Positions 1 to 9,924 are shown, numbered from the stretch's first letter. The stretch is 64,000 nt of DNA from Candidatus Aminicenantes bacterium (GCA_963702005.1 OY969696.1:1600001-1664000); one strand, 5' to 3'. Notes: generated by a model from the sequence alone, not told the origin. Program-made: numbers and translations.

Positions 1-269
1 TTTTCGTGGAAATCGGGAGTCAGTCCGCCGCCCTGGATCATGAAGCCCTTAATGACCCGGTGGAAGATCGTCCCGTCGTAGAACTGGGCGTCCACGTAGG
101 CCAGGAAGTTCTTGACCGTGAGCGGCGCCTTGGCCGCGTCGAGCTCGATCGTGATGTCGCCCTTGTTCGTCTTCAACAGGACGCGGGGATTCTGGGGGCC
201 GGCCTGGGCCGAGACTACGGCGAGCGCTCCGAATAATAAAATGAGAGTCAAGCCGATAAGGATTCTCAT
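1..269 (-). CDS. ppiA: Cyclophilin-type peptidyl-prolyl cis-trans isomerase with signal peptide (runs off window edge)
   Basis: Manual translation, not in the ORF track: MRILIGL...[51 protein letters not shown], the cyclophilin signature. GAGGAGG RBS upstream. Confidence 0.9.
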   Translation of the reverse strand, partial: MRILIGLTLILLFGALAVVSAQAGPQNPRVLLKTNKGDITIELDAAKAPLTVKNFLAYVDAQFYDGTIFHRVIKGFMIQGGGLTPDFHE

Positions 270-563
270 GATGTCTGCCTCCTCGATCCGACGGCGGACC
301 TAAAAAGGCAACGATACCAGAAACCCGTCCGGCGCGCAACCTCCGGAGAAAGCCTAACGACAACCCGGAAGCCGTCTCGATCATTCAAGGCGCCGGAGAA
401 ATAAACGAGGCCATCCGGGCCAAAAGAAAATTTATTAGTTTTACGGCCTTGATCTTCTTGCGGGGAATAATAAGGCGGTTGACGTCTCCAGGCCGGTCGA
501 TTTCGTCAGATAGATCTCATTTCAGGAGCAAAATTACATATTCTATCTAATAGAGACAGGCGC

Positions 564-1862
564 TTATTTCTTCTCCGGTCGGTTCTTCCACTTCTCGTAC
601 TGGAGGTCCCACCAGTTGGCCTGGTCGATGTGCTTGCCGTTGATGAAGATATGCTTGACGTCGGCCCGGGCGTCGAGGGGGTCGCCCGTCGTCAGGAACA
701 GGTCGGCGTCCTTGCCGGGCTCGAGGCTTCCCAGCCGGTCCTCGACGCCCAGGATGCGGGCGGGGTTGATCGTCAACGCCTTGAGGGCCGCTTCTCGGTC
801 CAATCCGAAGGCAACCGCCTTGGCGGCGTGGTAGGTGATGTCCTTGCCCTGGGCCGGGTCTTCCCCCGACGAGAAGCAGAGGAGAACGCCGGCCTTGGCC
901 AGCTCGACGACGTTCCGGTAGGGGGCGTCGTAGCCGTCCTCGGGCTCGGACGGACCCTGGTAGAGGCTGTCGATGATGACCGGGATGCCGGCCTCCTTGA
1001 TTTTATCGGCGACTTTATAGCCCTGGACGCAGCCTCGCAGGATGGCCTTGAGCTTTTCCTCCTTGATGAATTTAAGGGCGAGCTCGATGTCCTTGGCCTT
1101 CTCGACGGAGACTATGACGGGAAGGGTCCCGTCGAGGACGGGGGCCAGGGCCTCGAACTTCGGGTTGGCGGCCGGCGGACGGACGGCCGGATTCGCGGCC
1201 GCGAGTTTCTTGAGCTCGAGATAGCGCCGGGCCTCCTTGAGGTAGTCCTTGATTTTGTCGACGAGCTTCGAGGTCACTTCGTCCCCGGTCTCTTTCTGAG
1301 CGCCGCCCCCCTCGCGAGAGGGCCGCGGCGTCATCGGGAAATTGATCAAGGAGGCCGCGACCGGCTTGACGGCCATCTCGGGGAAGGTCCATCCGTCCAT
1401 CTTGACCAGGGCCGCCAGACCCGGGAAGGTCCCCCCGGCCGGCGCAACCAGCGCCGTCGTCGTCCCGTTGACGCGGCCCGTCCCGAAGTGGACCGAGTGG
1501 GGATTGATGGCCCAGCCGGCCTGAAGCTCGGGATTTTCCTTGCCGAGATCGCGGACGTCGACGGTCGAGGCGATGGCTCCGATTTCGACGAGCCCGTAGT
1601 ACGAGAAGGCGTCGATGATGCCGGGGTAGGCGGTGAGGCCCGAGGCGTCGAGGACCGGCGTCCCATCCGGGGCGGCCACATCCTTGCCCAGGGCCTTGAT
1701 CTTGCCGTCCTCGATCAGGATGTCGCCCTTGTCTATAACGGGACCGGCCATCGGGACGATGACGGCGTTCTTGATCAAAAACCGGGACGGTTCGGCCGAA
1801 CGCAGACTCGGACCGGACAGGGCCGCGGCGGCGATGAGGGCGAGAACGATGTGCTTTTTCAT
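564..1862 (-). CDS. Secreted amidohydrolase-superfamily protein, metal ligands degenerate
   Basis: Signal peptide, GDILIEDGKI, PGIID, ALTINPARILG and GSLEPGKDADL motifs. HxH is replaced by DAFSY. Confidence 0.85.
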   Translation of the reverse strand: MKKHIVLALIAAAALSGPSLRSAEPSRFLIKNAVIVPMAGPVIDKGDILIEDGKIKALGKDVAAPDGTPVLDASGLTAYPGIIDAFSYYGLVEIGAIASTVDVRDLGKENPELQAGWAINPHSVHFGTGRVNGTTTALVAPAGGTFPGLAALVKMDGWTFPEMAVKPVAASLINFPMTPRPSREGGGAQKETGDEVTSKLVDKIKDYLKEARRYLELKKLAAANPAVRPPAANPKFEALAPVLDGTLPVIVSVEKAKDIELALKFIKEEKLKAILRGCVQGYKVADKIKEAGIPVIIDSLYQGPSEPEDGYDAPYRNVVELAKAGVLLCFSSGEDPAQGKDITYHAAKAVAFGLDREAALKALTINPARILGVEDRLGSLEPGKDADLFLTTGDPLDARADVKHIFINGKHIDQANWWDLQYEKWKNRPEKK

Positions 1863-1864
1863 GA

Positions 1865-3217
1865 TCAGACCTCCGATCCGTCCTTCTTATCTTTGGGGGC
1901 CTTGGCCTCGGCCTCCTTCTTCTTGGCTTCCTCGGCTTTCTTCCGCTCCTCCAGGAACTTGGCCCGGTCGAACAGGACCTTTCCGTCGACGAGGGTCATC
2001 TCGCAGACGGTGTAGGGGTCGAGCGGGTGGCGGCTGAAGACGGCGATATCCGCGTCCTTGCCGGGCGCGAGCGTCCCCGTCCACTTGTCGATTCCGCAGA
2101 TGATCGCCGGATTCAGGGTCAGGGTCTTGATGGCCTCGGCCTCGCTGAGGCCGCCGAAGCGGATCGTCTTGGCCGCGTCGTTGAAGAGGTGCCGCATTCG
2201 CTCGGCGTCGTCCGAGTCGAGGGCGACCAGGACGCCGCGCTTGGCCATCAGAGCCACGGCATAGGGGCTTGTGTTATAGGCCTCCCATTTATACGCCCAG
2301 AAGTCGGCGAAGGTCGAAACCGCGACGCCGTAGGCCTTGAGCTCGTCGGCGATCCGGTAGCCTTCCAGGCCGTGCTCGAAGCAGACGAGCTTGACGCCGT
2401 ATTCCTTGCAGAGCTTCATGATCGAGAGCATTTCCTCCGACTGATAGGCGTGGCAGCGGATCCAGAGCTTTCCGCGCAGGATGTCGGCCACACCCTCGAG
2501 CCTGTAATCCTTGCGGGGCGGGAGCGGCGCCGGCCGCTTGGCCTTGGCGGCTTCCCGGGCTTTCCGGGCGAACTCGTCCCAGGCCGCCATGTAATCCTTG
2601 GCCAGCTCGAACTCCTTGCGGATGGATGCCTCGACCCCCATCCGGCTCTTGGGGTAGCGGGGCCGGCCGGGCATCATCATGTTCGACTGCTTGGGATTTT
2701 CGCCCAGCGCCCATTTGCTCGTGGGCGGCGCGCCTTGGAAAATCAGGTCGGAGGCTTTGGCGCCCCAGCGGAGCTTGAGGACGACGCCGCGGCCGGCGAT
2801 CGGGTTGGCCGAGCCGTGCATGGTGTGGATGGATGTGACGCCGCCGGTCAGGGCGTAGTAGATGTTGATGTCTTCGGGGTTGATGATGTCGCGGACGTCC
2901 ACCTCGGACGTGATAAGATCGCCCGATTCGTTGACATCGCCCTCGAGGGCGATGTGGGAGTGGGAGTCGATGATGCCGGGCATGACCCACTTGCCGCCGA
3001 GGTCGATGACTTCGAGGTCGGGGCCGGCCGGGAGGCCGGGCCCGATCCGGACGATCTTACCATCCCGGATGAGGATATCGCCGTCGAGGTTGGGGCCGGC
3101 GACGGGGATGAGATGTCCGTTCTTGAGGAGAAGGCCCTTGGGGGCAGCGGGGAGACTGGTCAGCAGTCCCGCCGCGGCCAGGGCCAGCAGGGTCAATGCG
3201 AAGATCTTGGTTTTCAT
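1865..3217 (-). CDS. Secreted metal-dependent amidohydrolase
   Basis: PGIIDSHSH (HxH), RCHAY, FEHG, DSDD and GTLAPGKDAD motifs. Confidence 0.9.
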   Translation of the reverse strand: MKTKIFALTLLALAAAGLLTSLPAAPKGLLLKNGHLIPVAGPNLDGDILIRDGKIVRIGPGLPAGPDLEVIDLGGKWVMPGIIDSHSHIALEGDVNESGDLITSEVDVRDIINPEDINIYYALTGGVTSIHTMHGSANPIAGRGVVLKLRWGAKASDLIFQGAPPTSKWALGENPKQSNMMMPGRPRYPKSRMGVEASIRKEFELAKDYMAAWDEFARKAREAAKAKRPAPLPPRKDYRLEGVADILRGKLWIRCHAYQSEEMLSIMKLCKEYGVKLVCFEHGLEGYRIADELKAYGVAVSTFADFWAYKWEAYNTSPYAVALMAKRGVLVALDSDDAERMRHLFNDAAKTIRFGGLSEAEAIKTLTLNPAIICGIDKWTGTLAPGKDADIAVFSRHPLDPYTVCEMTLVDGKVLFDRAKFLEERKKAEEAKKKEAEAKAPKDKKDGSEV

Positions 3218-3227
3218 GCGGATTCTC

Positions 3228-4841
3228 CTAAGCGGGAACGCGTTTCGCCGTGAATTCGATCGAGCCCGATGTGCCCTGGATGAACGTGCCGCGCATGGTG
3301 TCGCCCTCGACCTCGCCCGAGATGAAGAGGTCGATCTGCTGGCCGCCGACCGTGAGATTGATCTCGAAGCTGACCTGGTTGCCGGAGACCGTGCCGCCCG
3401 TGAAGTCGAACAACCCGAACGGCGTCATGAGCTTTCCGGAAACCGCGCCCTCTTCCTGGACGAGGTCCAGGCTCAGCTTCGGCGCGCCCTCGGCCGTGAC
3501 GTCCCACTTCCCGGTGACATTGACGGTCGGCTTGGCGCCGGGCTTGGCCTCCTTGAACTCAACCTTGACCCCGTCGGCGAAGACCATCCGGACCTTGGCG
3601 TCCTTGGCCAGAAGATCGCCCTCGGCCAGGACGAGGTTCGCGATTTTGCCCGGGGCGACCGATCCCAACGCTCCGTCCAGCCCGAAGAAGGCGGCCGGCG
3701 TCACGGTCAGGGCGGCCAGGGCTTTCTCTTTGGGAAGCCCGGCTTCGACGGCTTTAAGGACGCCCTCGAGGAAGCTCTTGGGGTCATCGGTTCCGAAGGA
3801 AGAGAAAGCGAAGGGGACGCTGGCTTCGGCCAGCCGGGCCGGGTTGCGGGGATAGATCTCTTTTTCGGCCTTCTCCCGCTCCGTCTTCCCGCGCTGGGAG
3901 TAAAGGCTCGTTCCGGGGGCCTTGAAGGCGACCGTGCACAAGACGCGGGCCCGGGCTTGCTGGAGCTCGGGGATGACCTCGAAGGCTTCGCCCCCCAGGT
4001 CGCAGATGAAGAAGGCGAGCTTGAACTCGGCCGCGAGATCCAGGCTCCGCCGGATGTCGTGCTGGTTGCGGCAGAGGAAGACGACGGGTTTGGCTCCCGA
4101 GGCGTAGGGCTCAAGAATGTCGAACCCGGTGCTGTAGGAGGGCCGGGGATTTCCTTTCATCTCCTTCCGCCAGCGGTTCGATTGGAGCCCGTAGTAGGCG
4201 ACGTCCATGAACTCCTGTCTAAGAAAGGCGACCGCCCCCATCAGCGAGGTGGGATAGACGGGGAATGAGGATGTCAGGTACCCGATCCCGAGCGCGTAAT
4301 CCTTGAGGACGAGGGCCTTAGTCTTGTCCGGGTCGCACAGAGAAAAAAAGGACGCCCGGCCGGTCAATAAGCCCTTGTCGGGAAGGGCCAGCGCGGCCAG
4401 GATCCCGAGCTTTTGGTACTTTTCGAGGGTCGCTTTCCCGAGGCTGACGTAGTCATAGGCACCGATCTCGGGAGTGATCCCCTTGTCCTTATCGTTGAAG
4501 TCGCCGCTGTAGTATTTGGCCTGGTCGAATTTTTCCTCGGGGAACTTGAGGAGCGCCTGCCCTCCGGCGTCGATGAGCCCGGGATAGACCGTGAGCTTGG
4601 CTCCGTCGATGACCTCGGCGTCGGCCGGGATCGCGACAGCGGGGCCGACCGCTTCGATGAGGCCGTCGCGGATGACGACGACCGCTTTCCCCAGGGCCGG
4701 ACCCGAGGGCATGACGACGGCGCAATCCTTGATGGCCCAGACCCGGTGGAGGTTCTCCTCCGCGACGAGCCGGGAGTGCGGCGCCGCCAGACAGATAACG
4801 GCGGCGGCGATAAGACACGGCTTAATACGGGATTTGATCAT
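3228..4841 (-). CDS. Secreted amidohydrolase-superfamily protein with C-terminal beta domain, metal ligands degenerate
   Basis: VVIRDGLI, PGLIDAGGQ (no HxH) and GSVAPGKIANL motifs, plus an extra ~100-aa beta-rich tail. Confidence 0.8.
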   Translation of the reverse strand: MIKSRIKPCLIAAAVICLAAPHSRLVAEENLHRVWAIKDCAVVMPSGPALGKAVVVIRDGLIEAVGPAVAIPADAEVIDGAKLTVYPGLIDAGGQALLKFPEEKFDQAKYYSGDFNDKDKGITPEIGAYDYVSLGKATLEKYQKLGILAALALPDKGLLTGRASFFSLCDPDKTKALVLKDYALGIGYLTSSFPVYPTSLMGAVAFLRQEFMDVAYYGLQSNRWRKEMKGNPRPSYSTGFDILEPYASGAKPVVFLCRNQHDIRRSLDLAAEFKLAFFICDLGGEAFEVIPELQQARARVLCTVAFKAPGTSLYSQRGKTEREKAEKEIYPRNPARLAEASVPFAFSSFGTDDPKSFLEGVLKAVEAGLPKEKALAALTVTPAAFFGLDGALGSVAPGKIANLVLAEGDLLAKDAKVRMVFADGVKVEFKEAKPGAKPTVNVTGKWDVTAEGAPKLSLDLVQEEGAVSGKLMTPFGLFDFTGGTVSGNQVSFEINLTVGGQQIDLFISGEVEGDTMRGTFIQGTSGSIEFTAKRVPA

Positions 4842-4887
4842 GAGGCCTCCAGAGCAGAGAGGATTGTCATGGCGGGAAAAAACATCA

Positions 4888-4916
4888 TATCTTTATTTAA
4901 TACGGAAATAAAGATA
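4888..4916. promoter_or_regulatory. Perfect 11-bp inverted repeat with 7-bp spacer between divergent genes (candidate operator)
   Basis: TATCTTTATTT-aatacgg-AAATAAAGATA in an AT-rich divergent intergenic region. Confidence 0.45.
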
Positions 4917-5013
4917 AGAAGGTTCGTTTGGAATTCGTTTGCCCGGCGGCTTGTTGTTCGGAAAGAAGTTTAGTAAAATAGCGCACAAACGAAAGATTCC
5001 AAGGGAGGTAACC

Positions 5014-5850
5014 ATGACCAAGAAGAGACGTTTTCTTCTTGTGGCCGCGGCCGTCCTATTCGGCCTTTATCCCGCGGCCGGGCTTCGGGCCCAAGGCCAC
5101 TTCGAGATCGGCGTCCATTACGGCCAGTGGACGTTGGATCTCATGAAATCCGCCATCGAAGGGGCCATCAACGACGCCATCAAGACCGATCTCAGAGAAA
5201 AATTCCTGGAGGAAGTCCACAAGGATCATCCTCATCGCCAGCAGACCTCCTATACCCAGGACCTCACCTTCGATTCGGGGGGCGACAACTGGGGGTTTGA
5301 CGTCCGCTGGTTTCCGGCCGGCAACGACACCGCTTTCAGCGTGGGCTTGGCCCTGGAAAAAGTCAACATGCGGGCGTCCTTGACCGATATTTCGATAAAG
5401 ATGGGACTCGAGGATGACGTCACCCATAAAACCGGCGACATGATAGGGAGCGCGAAAGGGGACTTGAAGCTCAAGCCCCTGGCCTTTCTGGCCAACGTCC
5501 GCTGGGAATTTTCGCCCGGCTCCAAAGTCCGGCCTTTCCTCGTTTTCGGCCTGGGCATGACCGGAGGCTCGACCCTGGAAAATGCCGTCTTTTCTTACGA
5601 ATACTCGGGCGACTATAACCCGCCTGGAGAGCCTCATGAGCACTATGCCGGGTCGGATTCAAAGACCGGAACGGAGCTCAAAGATCAAGCCGAGGCCAAG
5701 GGCGAGGATTTTTCCATTCCGTCGGTCCTCCCTTTCGTCCAGCTCGAGCTCGGAATAGCCGCGGCCGTCCATAAGAACGTCGTCCTCCTCGTCAACGCCG
5801 GGGTCCTCGACGGTTTCGTCCTGAGGGCGGGAGTCGCTGTCCGGATATAA
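5014..5850 (+). CDS. Outer-membrane beta-barrel family protein (hypothetical)
   Basis: GGGAGG RBS before the ATG at 5014, signal peptide, amphipathic strands, VRPFLVFGLG and a C-terminal strand LRAGVAVRI. Confidence 0.65.
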   Translation: MTKKRRFLLVAAAVLFGLYPAAGLRAQGHFEIGVHYGQWTLDLMKSAIEGAINDAIKTDLREKFLEEVHKDHPHRQQTSYTQDLTFDSGGDNWGFDVRWFPAGNDTAFSVGLALEKVNMRASLTDISIKMGLEDDVTHKTGDMIGSAKGDLKLKPLAFLANVRWEFSPGSKVRPFLVFGLGMTGGSTLENAVFSYEYSGDYNPPGEPHEHYAGSDSKTGTELKDQAEAKGEDFSIPSVLPFVQLELGIAAAVHKNVVLLVNAGVLDGFVLRAGVAVRI

Positions 5851-5934
5851 TTGAAACACCCTCATCGTTGATTTCGGGCTTTTTGTTTTTCCGTTATTCG
5901 CCTAAGATAGAGCTTCCGGAATAAGGAGGCACCC

Positions 5935-7506
5935 ATGAAAGCGAATCGTCTTCGTGTCCTGATACTGAGCCTGATCCTGATCCTCGCTTCGGCCGTCGCG
6001 GGTCCCGTCGCGGCCGTGCCCGGCCTCGACGGGACTGCCCAGGACCAGAAATCCCAGCCGAGCGACGAGCGGATGATCCTGGATGCCATGCACGGGATCT
6101 CCAGCCATGCGCTCCTCGGCTACGTCCAGGAGCTCGTCTCCGAGAAGTTCGGCGGGCGCCTGACCGGGACGAAGGAGTTCAATGACTGCAGTGAATGGGT
6201 CGCCGGGCTGTTCAAGGCTTGGGGGGTCAAACCGGCGGGCGAGGACGGGACTTTTTTCCAGTCGTTCCCCGACCCCTATACCATCGTCTTTCCCGGCGGC
6301 GAAGTCGATCTGGTCATGCCGCAGGCCAAGTCCAAGGACGTCATCGTCAAGCCCTACAAGTACGAGGACGAGTTCATTCCGGGAGGGACGTCGGGGACCG
6401 GCCAAGTGACGGCCGAGGTCGTCTATGTCGGCTACGGGGTCACGGCGCCCGAGCTCAATTACGATGACTATAAAGGCGTTGACGTCAAGGGCAAGATCGT
6501 TCTCATGGAACGGGAAGTCCCCGTTTCCCCCGACAAGGACGCCGCACTCTTCAAGAAATGGCGCCCCTATTCGTTCCACCAGTTTAAGCTAGAGAACGCC
6601 GCCGCCCACGGCGCTAAGGGCCTGCTCTACAACTACGGGCCGATCGGCAACCCGAACAACGCTTACATCGAGGGCTTCGTCTATGCCCACGTCGGCGAAG
6701 CCGTGGTTAAAGACGTTTTCGCCGGGACGGGCCGAAACCACGACGACGTCGTAAGCGCCATCGATAAGACGCTCCGGCCCAGCTCCTTTGCCACCGGGAA
6801 GCTCTATACGATCCGGACCAAGACGGAGCACCACCCCGAGGGCGTCGGGCGGAACGTCCTGGCCATGATCGAAGGATCGGATCCCAAGCTCAAGGAAGAA
6901 GTCATCATCCTGGGCGGGCATCTCGATCATTTAGGGAGGGCCTGGGTCCTCATGCCCGGCGCCAACGACAATGCGGCGGCAGTGGCCGTAACGTTGGGAG
7001 TCGCGGACGCGATGGCCAAATGCGCGGTCAAGCCTAAGCGGTCGATCCTTTTTCTCCTGTTCGGGGCCGAGGAGCAGGCCGTGGCCGGGTCCAATTATTA
7101 CGTCAATACCCGCCCTCTGGTCTCTCTCGATAAGACGGTCTGCTACATTAATATGGAATTGGCAGGCTCGGGGGACAAGTTGAATATACTGGCCGGCGAT
7201 AATTTCCCCGCGCTGCGGGGCTTCCTGGACAAGGCCAATCAAACCTATATTCATCGGGTCATGACGAGCAGTTCCTTCGCCAACCTAGGCCGTCCCCGCC
7301 AGGATGTCACCTGGTTTCTCTGGAAGGGAGTGCCCGGCGTCACGGTCGGGGCCTCCGGGTTCGATCCCGGCCGGCCGACCTATCACACTCCCCACGACAA
7401 CCTGGACCTGATCACGCCCGAGATCATGGAAGACCTGGCCCAGCTCCTGTTCATGGCGATCATGGACATGAGCGACGAGCCGGCGCTCGACTTCCGGAAG
7501 AAATGA
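5935..7506 (+). CDS. M28-family aminopeptidase with PA domain
   Basis: GGRLTGT, VYVGYG...DYKGVDVKGKIV (PA domain), GGHLDH, GANDNA, GAEE and YHTPHD motifs. Confidence 0.9.
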   Translation: MKANRLRVLILSLILILASAVAGPVAAVPGLDGTAQDQKSQPSDERMILDAMHGISSHALLGYVQELVSEKFGGRLTGTKEFNDCSEWVAGLFKAWGVKPAGEDGTFFQSFPDPYTIVFPGGEVDLVMPQAKSKDVIVKPYKYEDEFIPGGTSGTGQVTAEVVYVGYGVTAPELNYDDYKGVDVKGKIVLMEREVPVSPDKDAALFKKWRPYSFHQFKLENAAAHGAKGLLYNYGPIGNPNNAYIEGFVYAHVGEAVVKDVFAGTGRNHDDVVSAIDKTLRPSSFATGKLYTIRTKTEHHPEGVGRNVLAMIEGSDPKLKEEVIILGGHLDHLGRAWVLMPGANDNAAAVAVTLGVADAMAKCAVKPKRSILFLLFGAEEQAVAGSNYYVNTRPLVSLDKTVCYINMELAGSGDKLNILAGDNFPALRGFLDKANQTYIHRVMTSSSFANLGRPRQDVTWFLWKGVPGVTVGASGFDPGRPTYHTPHDNLDLITPEIMEDLAQLLFMAIMDMSDEPALDFRKK

Positions 7507-8045
7507 AAATGGAACCGCCGGACCCGGGCGGCGCTTCGGCCGGATGCGGCGGCGCGGCGGTCTCCGCCGCCGACGATAAATTCCGCTGGCGGGATTTCAT
7601 CCGCTTTACCGGGCTTCTCGTCGTCGCCGCCCTTCCGGTGGCTGCTGGGATGAGAGCGGCCGACTACGGAGCATGGCTCTGGATTTGGGCCGCTCTGATC
7701 GTGTCGGCCTTCTTCTTCCCGGGTTGGGGACTCCTCATTCTTTGCGGTCATTGTCCCCGCTACGGCCGGCCGGGCCGCTTCCTGCGCTGCCACGCAACCG
7801 TGTTGAGCTTCAAGCTCTGGAAGGCGCGGCCCGGGCCGATGAGCCGGTGGGAGCGAGCGGCTTTTCTTTCCTTCTTGGTCGTATTTTTCAGCTTCCCGCT
7901 GCCCTTCCTTATCCTGGGCGGTCAGTGGGGCTGGCTGGCGGTCTATGGAATCGGTGCCGCGCTGTTCGGCTCGGTCATCCGTCGCACGGAATGCCGGCGC
8001 TGCCCCAACCTGTCCTGCCCCCTGAACGCGGTAATCATCTGCTGA
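7503..8045 (+). CDS. Four-TM membrane protein with Cys clusters (hypothetical)
   Basis: ATGA overlap with the upstream gene, hydrophobic helices, CGHCPRYG..LRCH and CRRCPNLSCPLN. Confidence 0.7.
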   Translation: MKMEPPDPGGASAGCGGAAVSAADDKFRWRDFIRFTGLLVVAALPVAAGMRAADYGAWLWIWAALIVSAFFFPGWGLLILCGHCPRYGRPGRFLRCHATVLSFKLWKARPGPMSRWERAAFLSFLVVFFSFPLPFLILGGQWGWLAVYGIGAALFGSVIRRTECRRCPNLSCPLNAVIIC

Positions 8046-8078
8046 CGGCGGCCCATTACAGAGTGGGCCGCCGTCAGC
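8041..8078. terminator. Perfect 15-bp hairpin between convergent genes (bidirectional terminator candidate)
   Basis: GCTGACGGCGGCCCA-8nt-TGGGCCGCCGTCAGC. Each arm contains one of the two stop codons. Confidence 0.6.
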
Positions 8079-8628
8079 GCAGGGTCACGATCTCGGCGCC
8101 AAAGATAGCCACGACCGCCGACTCCCCGACGTAAGTTCCGATCTTCTGATGGACATGGCCGTGGAACACGTATTTAGGCTGCCTGTCCTCGACGTATTTC
8201 AGCAGGGCGCTGCTCCCCTGATGGGCGGCGTCGTCCCGGTCGGTCTTCTTGAAGAGGGGGGCGTGGCAGATGAGGATATCAACCTGGGGAAACTTGGCCA
8301 GCGCTTCGGCCGCGGCCAGGTCGTCCCATTGAAAGTGGCCGGACGGCTTGTATTCGGGAACGCCCCGCCAACCGCCGATGAACCAGCTCCGGCACTGGGC
8401 GAGCCGGAAGTGGACGTCCGTGATGAATGGCGGGAAGGGCTTGGCGGAGTCGTGGTTCCCCTTGACGGCGAAGATCGGCTTGCCGAATCTCTCGTGGACG
8501 TCCTCGAGGATCCGGTCATCGACGTCGCCGCAGGATAAAACAAAGTCGAGGGGCGGATTGATGGCGTCCGTGAAGCGGGCGTTGGGGTAATCGGCCAGGA
8601 CCAGAACCCGGCTCGGGAGCGCTTTCAT
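8074..8628 (-). CDS. Calcineurin-like metallophosphoesterase
   Basis: CGDVD, VKGNHD, ICHAP and FHGHVH motifs. Confidence 0.85.
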   Translation of the reverse strand: MKALPSRVLVLADYPNARFTDAINPPLDFVLSCGDVDDRILEDVHERFGKPIFAVKGNHDSAKPFPPFITDVHFRLAQCRSWFIGGWRGVPEYKPSGHFQWDDLAAAEALAKFPQVDILICHAPLFKKTDRDDAAHQGSSALLKYVEDRQPKYVFHGHVHQKIGTYVGESAVVAIFGAEIVTLR

Positions 8629-8636
8629 GGGATTCC

Positions 8637-9629
8637 TCAGAGATGGAGCTCGACGACGTCCTCGTCGGCCAGGACGTGTTCGCGCTGGACCCGCAGCCCT
8701 TCGAGGCTTCCGCCCCGGCTCCAGATCCGGGCGAAGGCGAGGTTGAGGGCGAAATCCTTGTGGACGGCCCGGGCCAGGTCCATGACCGTGCTCCCGATCT
8801 TGAGGGTGAAGGGCGAGGTCAGGTCCGCTTTCTTCCCGGGGGCCTTGCTGTAGACTCGGACGATCTTGAGGAGATTAAAGACGGCTTTTCTGAGCGCCTC
8901 GACGCCCTGGCCCGACGCCGTCGAGATCGCCGCCGTTCCGAAACGGCCTTCGAACAGAACCTTGATCTCGTCGAGGACGCCGGCCGCGCCCTCGGCGTCG
9001 AGATGAGTGCCGGCGAGAAGGGCGTGCTTCAGAAACGGAAACTTCTCGGGCGGGATCGGCTGCGCTTGGGGGACGAGTTCAATCCTTTTTTCCTTGAGAA
9101 CGGCCAGGACGCCTTCGATGGATGAGGACGCATCGAGGTCGCTTAAATCGGCCGCGACCATGACCGCATCAGCGGTCTTGATGAGCTCGGGGAGCCAGAC
9201 CTCGATGAAGTCGGGAGCGATCGGCGGTGTGTCGATGAGCTGGATTTGGATGTCGGCGAAGGGCATCATGAACGGCGCGGCCGTCCGGGTCGTGTAGGGA
9301 TACTCGGCGACCTCGACCTCATGGCCGGTCAGGGCCCGGATGATCGACGACTTTCCGGCGTTGGGGACGCCGATGACGGCGACCTGGCCGGCTCCCGATT
9401 TTTCGACCCTGACGGTCGATCCGTGCTTGGCCGCGGCAGGCTTCCGCTCGGCTTCCTGGCGGAGCTTGGCGATCTTCGACTTGAACTGCGCCTGGAGCTT
9501 CTCCGTCCCCTTATGTTTGGGGATGATAGCCAGAAGCTCCTCATAAATCGCGATCTTTTCCCGGGATGTGCGAGCGGTCTTGAGCTTGCGCTCGACCTCA
9601 AAATATTGTGGTGGCAGGTTGGCCGGCAT
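8637..9629 (-). CDS. DRG/OBG-family GTPase with C-terminal TGS domain
   Basis: IPKHKGTEKL, GVPNAGKSS, YPYTT, DTPP and TVMDLARAVHKD motifs. Confidence 0.9.
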   Translation of the reverse strand: MPANLPPQYFEVERKLKTARTSREKIAIYEELLAIIPKHKGTEKLQAQFKSKIAKLRQEAERKPAAAKHGSTVRVEKSGAGQVAVIGVPNAGKSSIIRALTGHEVEVAEYPYTTRTAAPFMMPFADIQIQLIDTPPIAPDFIEVWLPELIKTADAVMVAADLSDLDASSSIEGVLAVLKEKRIELVPQAQPIPPEKFPFLKHALLAGTHLDAEGAAGVLDEIKVLFEGRFGTAAISTASGQGVEALRKAVFNLLKIVRVYSKAPGKKADLTSPFTLKIGSTVMDLARAVHKDFALNLAFARIWSRGGSLEGLRVQREHVLADEDVVELHL

Positions 9630-9895
9630 CGGAGCCCCTCTGTCCGCTTCAAATTATACTCAAAATCAGGTCCCGGATCAAAGTCAACAATGAGAAAAAA
9701 CGGGCGGAGCGTCGTCATTTTATTGAAAAAAGCCGTATCGGACTCGAATTCATGTCAAAAAAACGCCGGATCGCCGGCGCTCAAGAAGGAAGAAATGTTT
9801 TATCTTATTAATAATAAACATGATATGATCTTGTCTGGTGTGAGATGATAACCGTGCTTTTTTGCCCGGGACAGGGCCTAGAATTAAAAAAATCC

Positions 9896-9924
9896 TTTAC
9901 TTTTATGGCTTATTTTTCTATAAT
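9896..9924 (+). promoter_or_regulatory. Sigma70-type promoter for gyrB-gyrA
   Basis: TTTACT-17bp-TATAAT. Confidence 0.6.
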
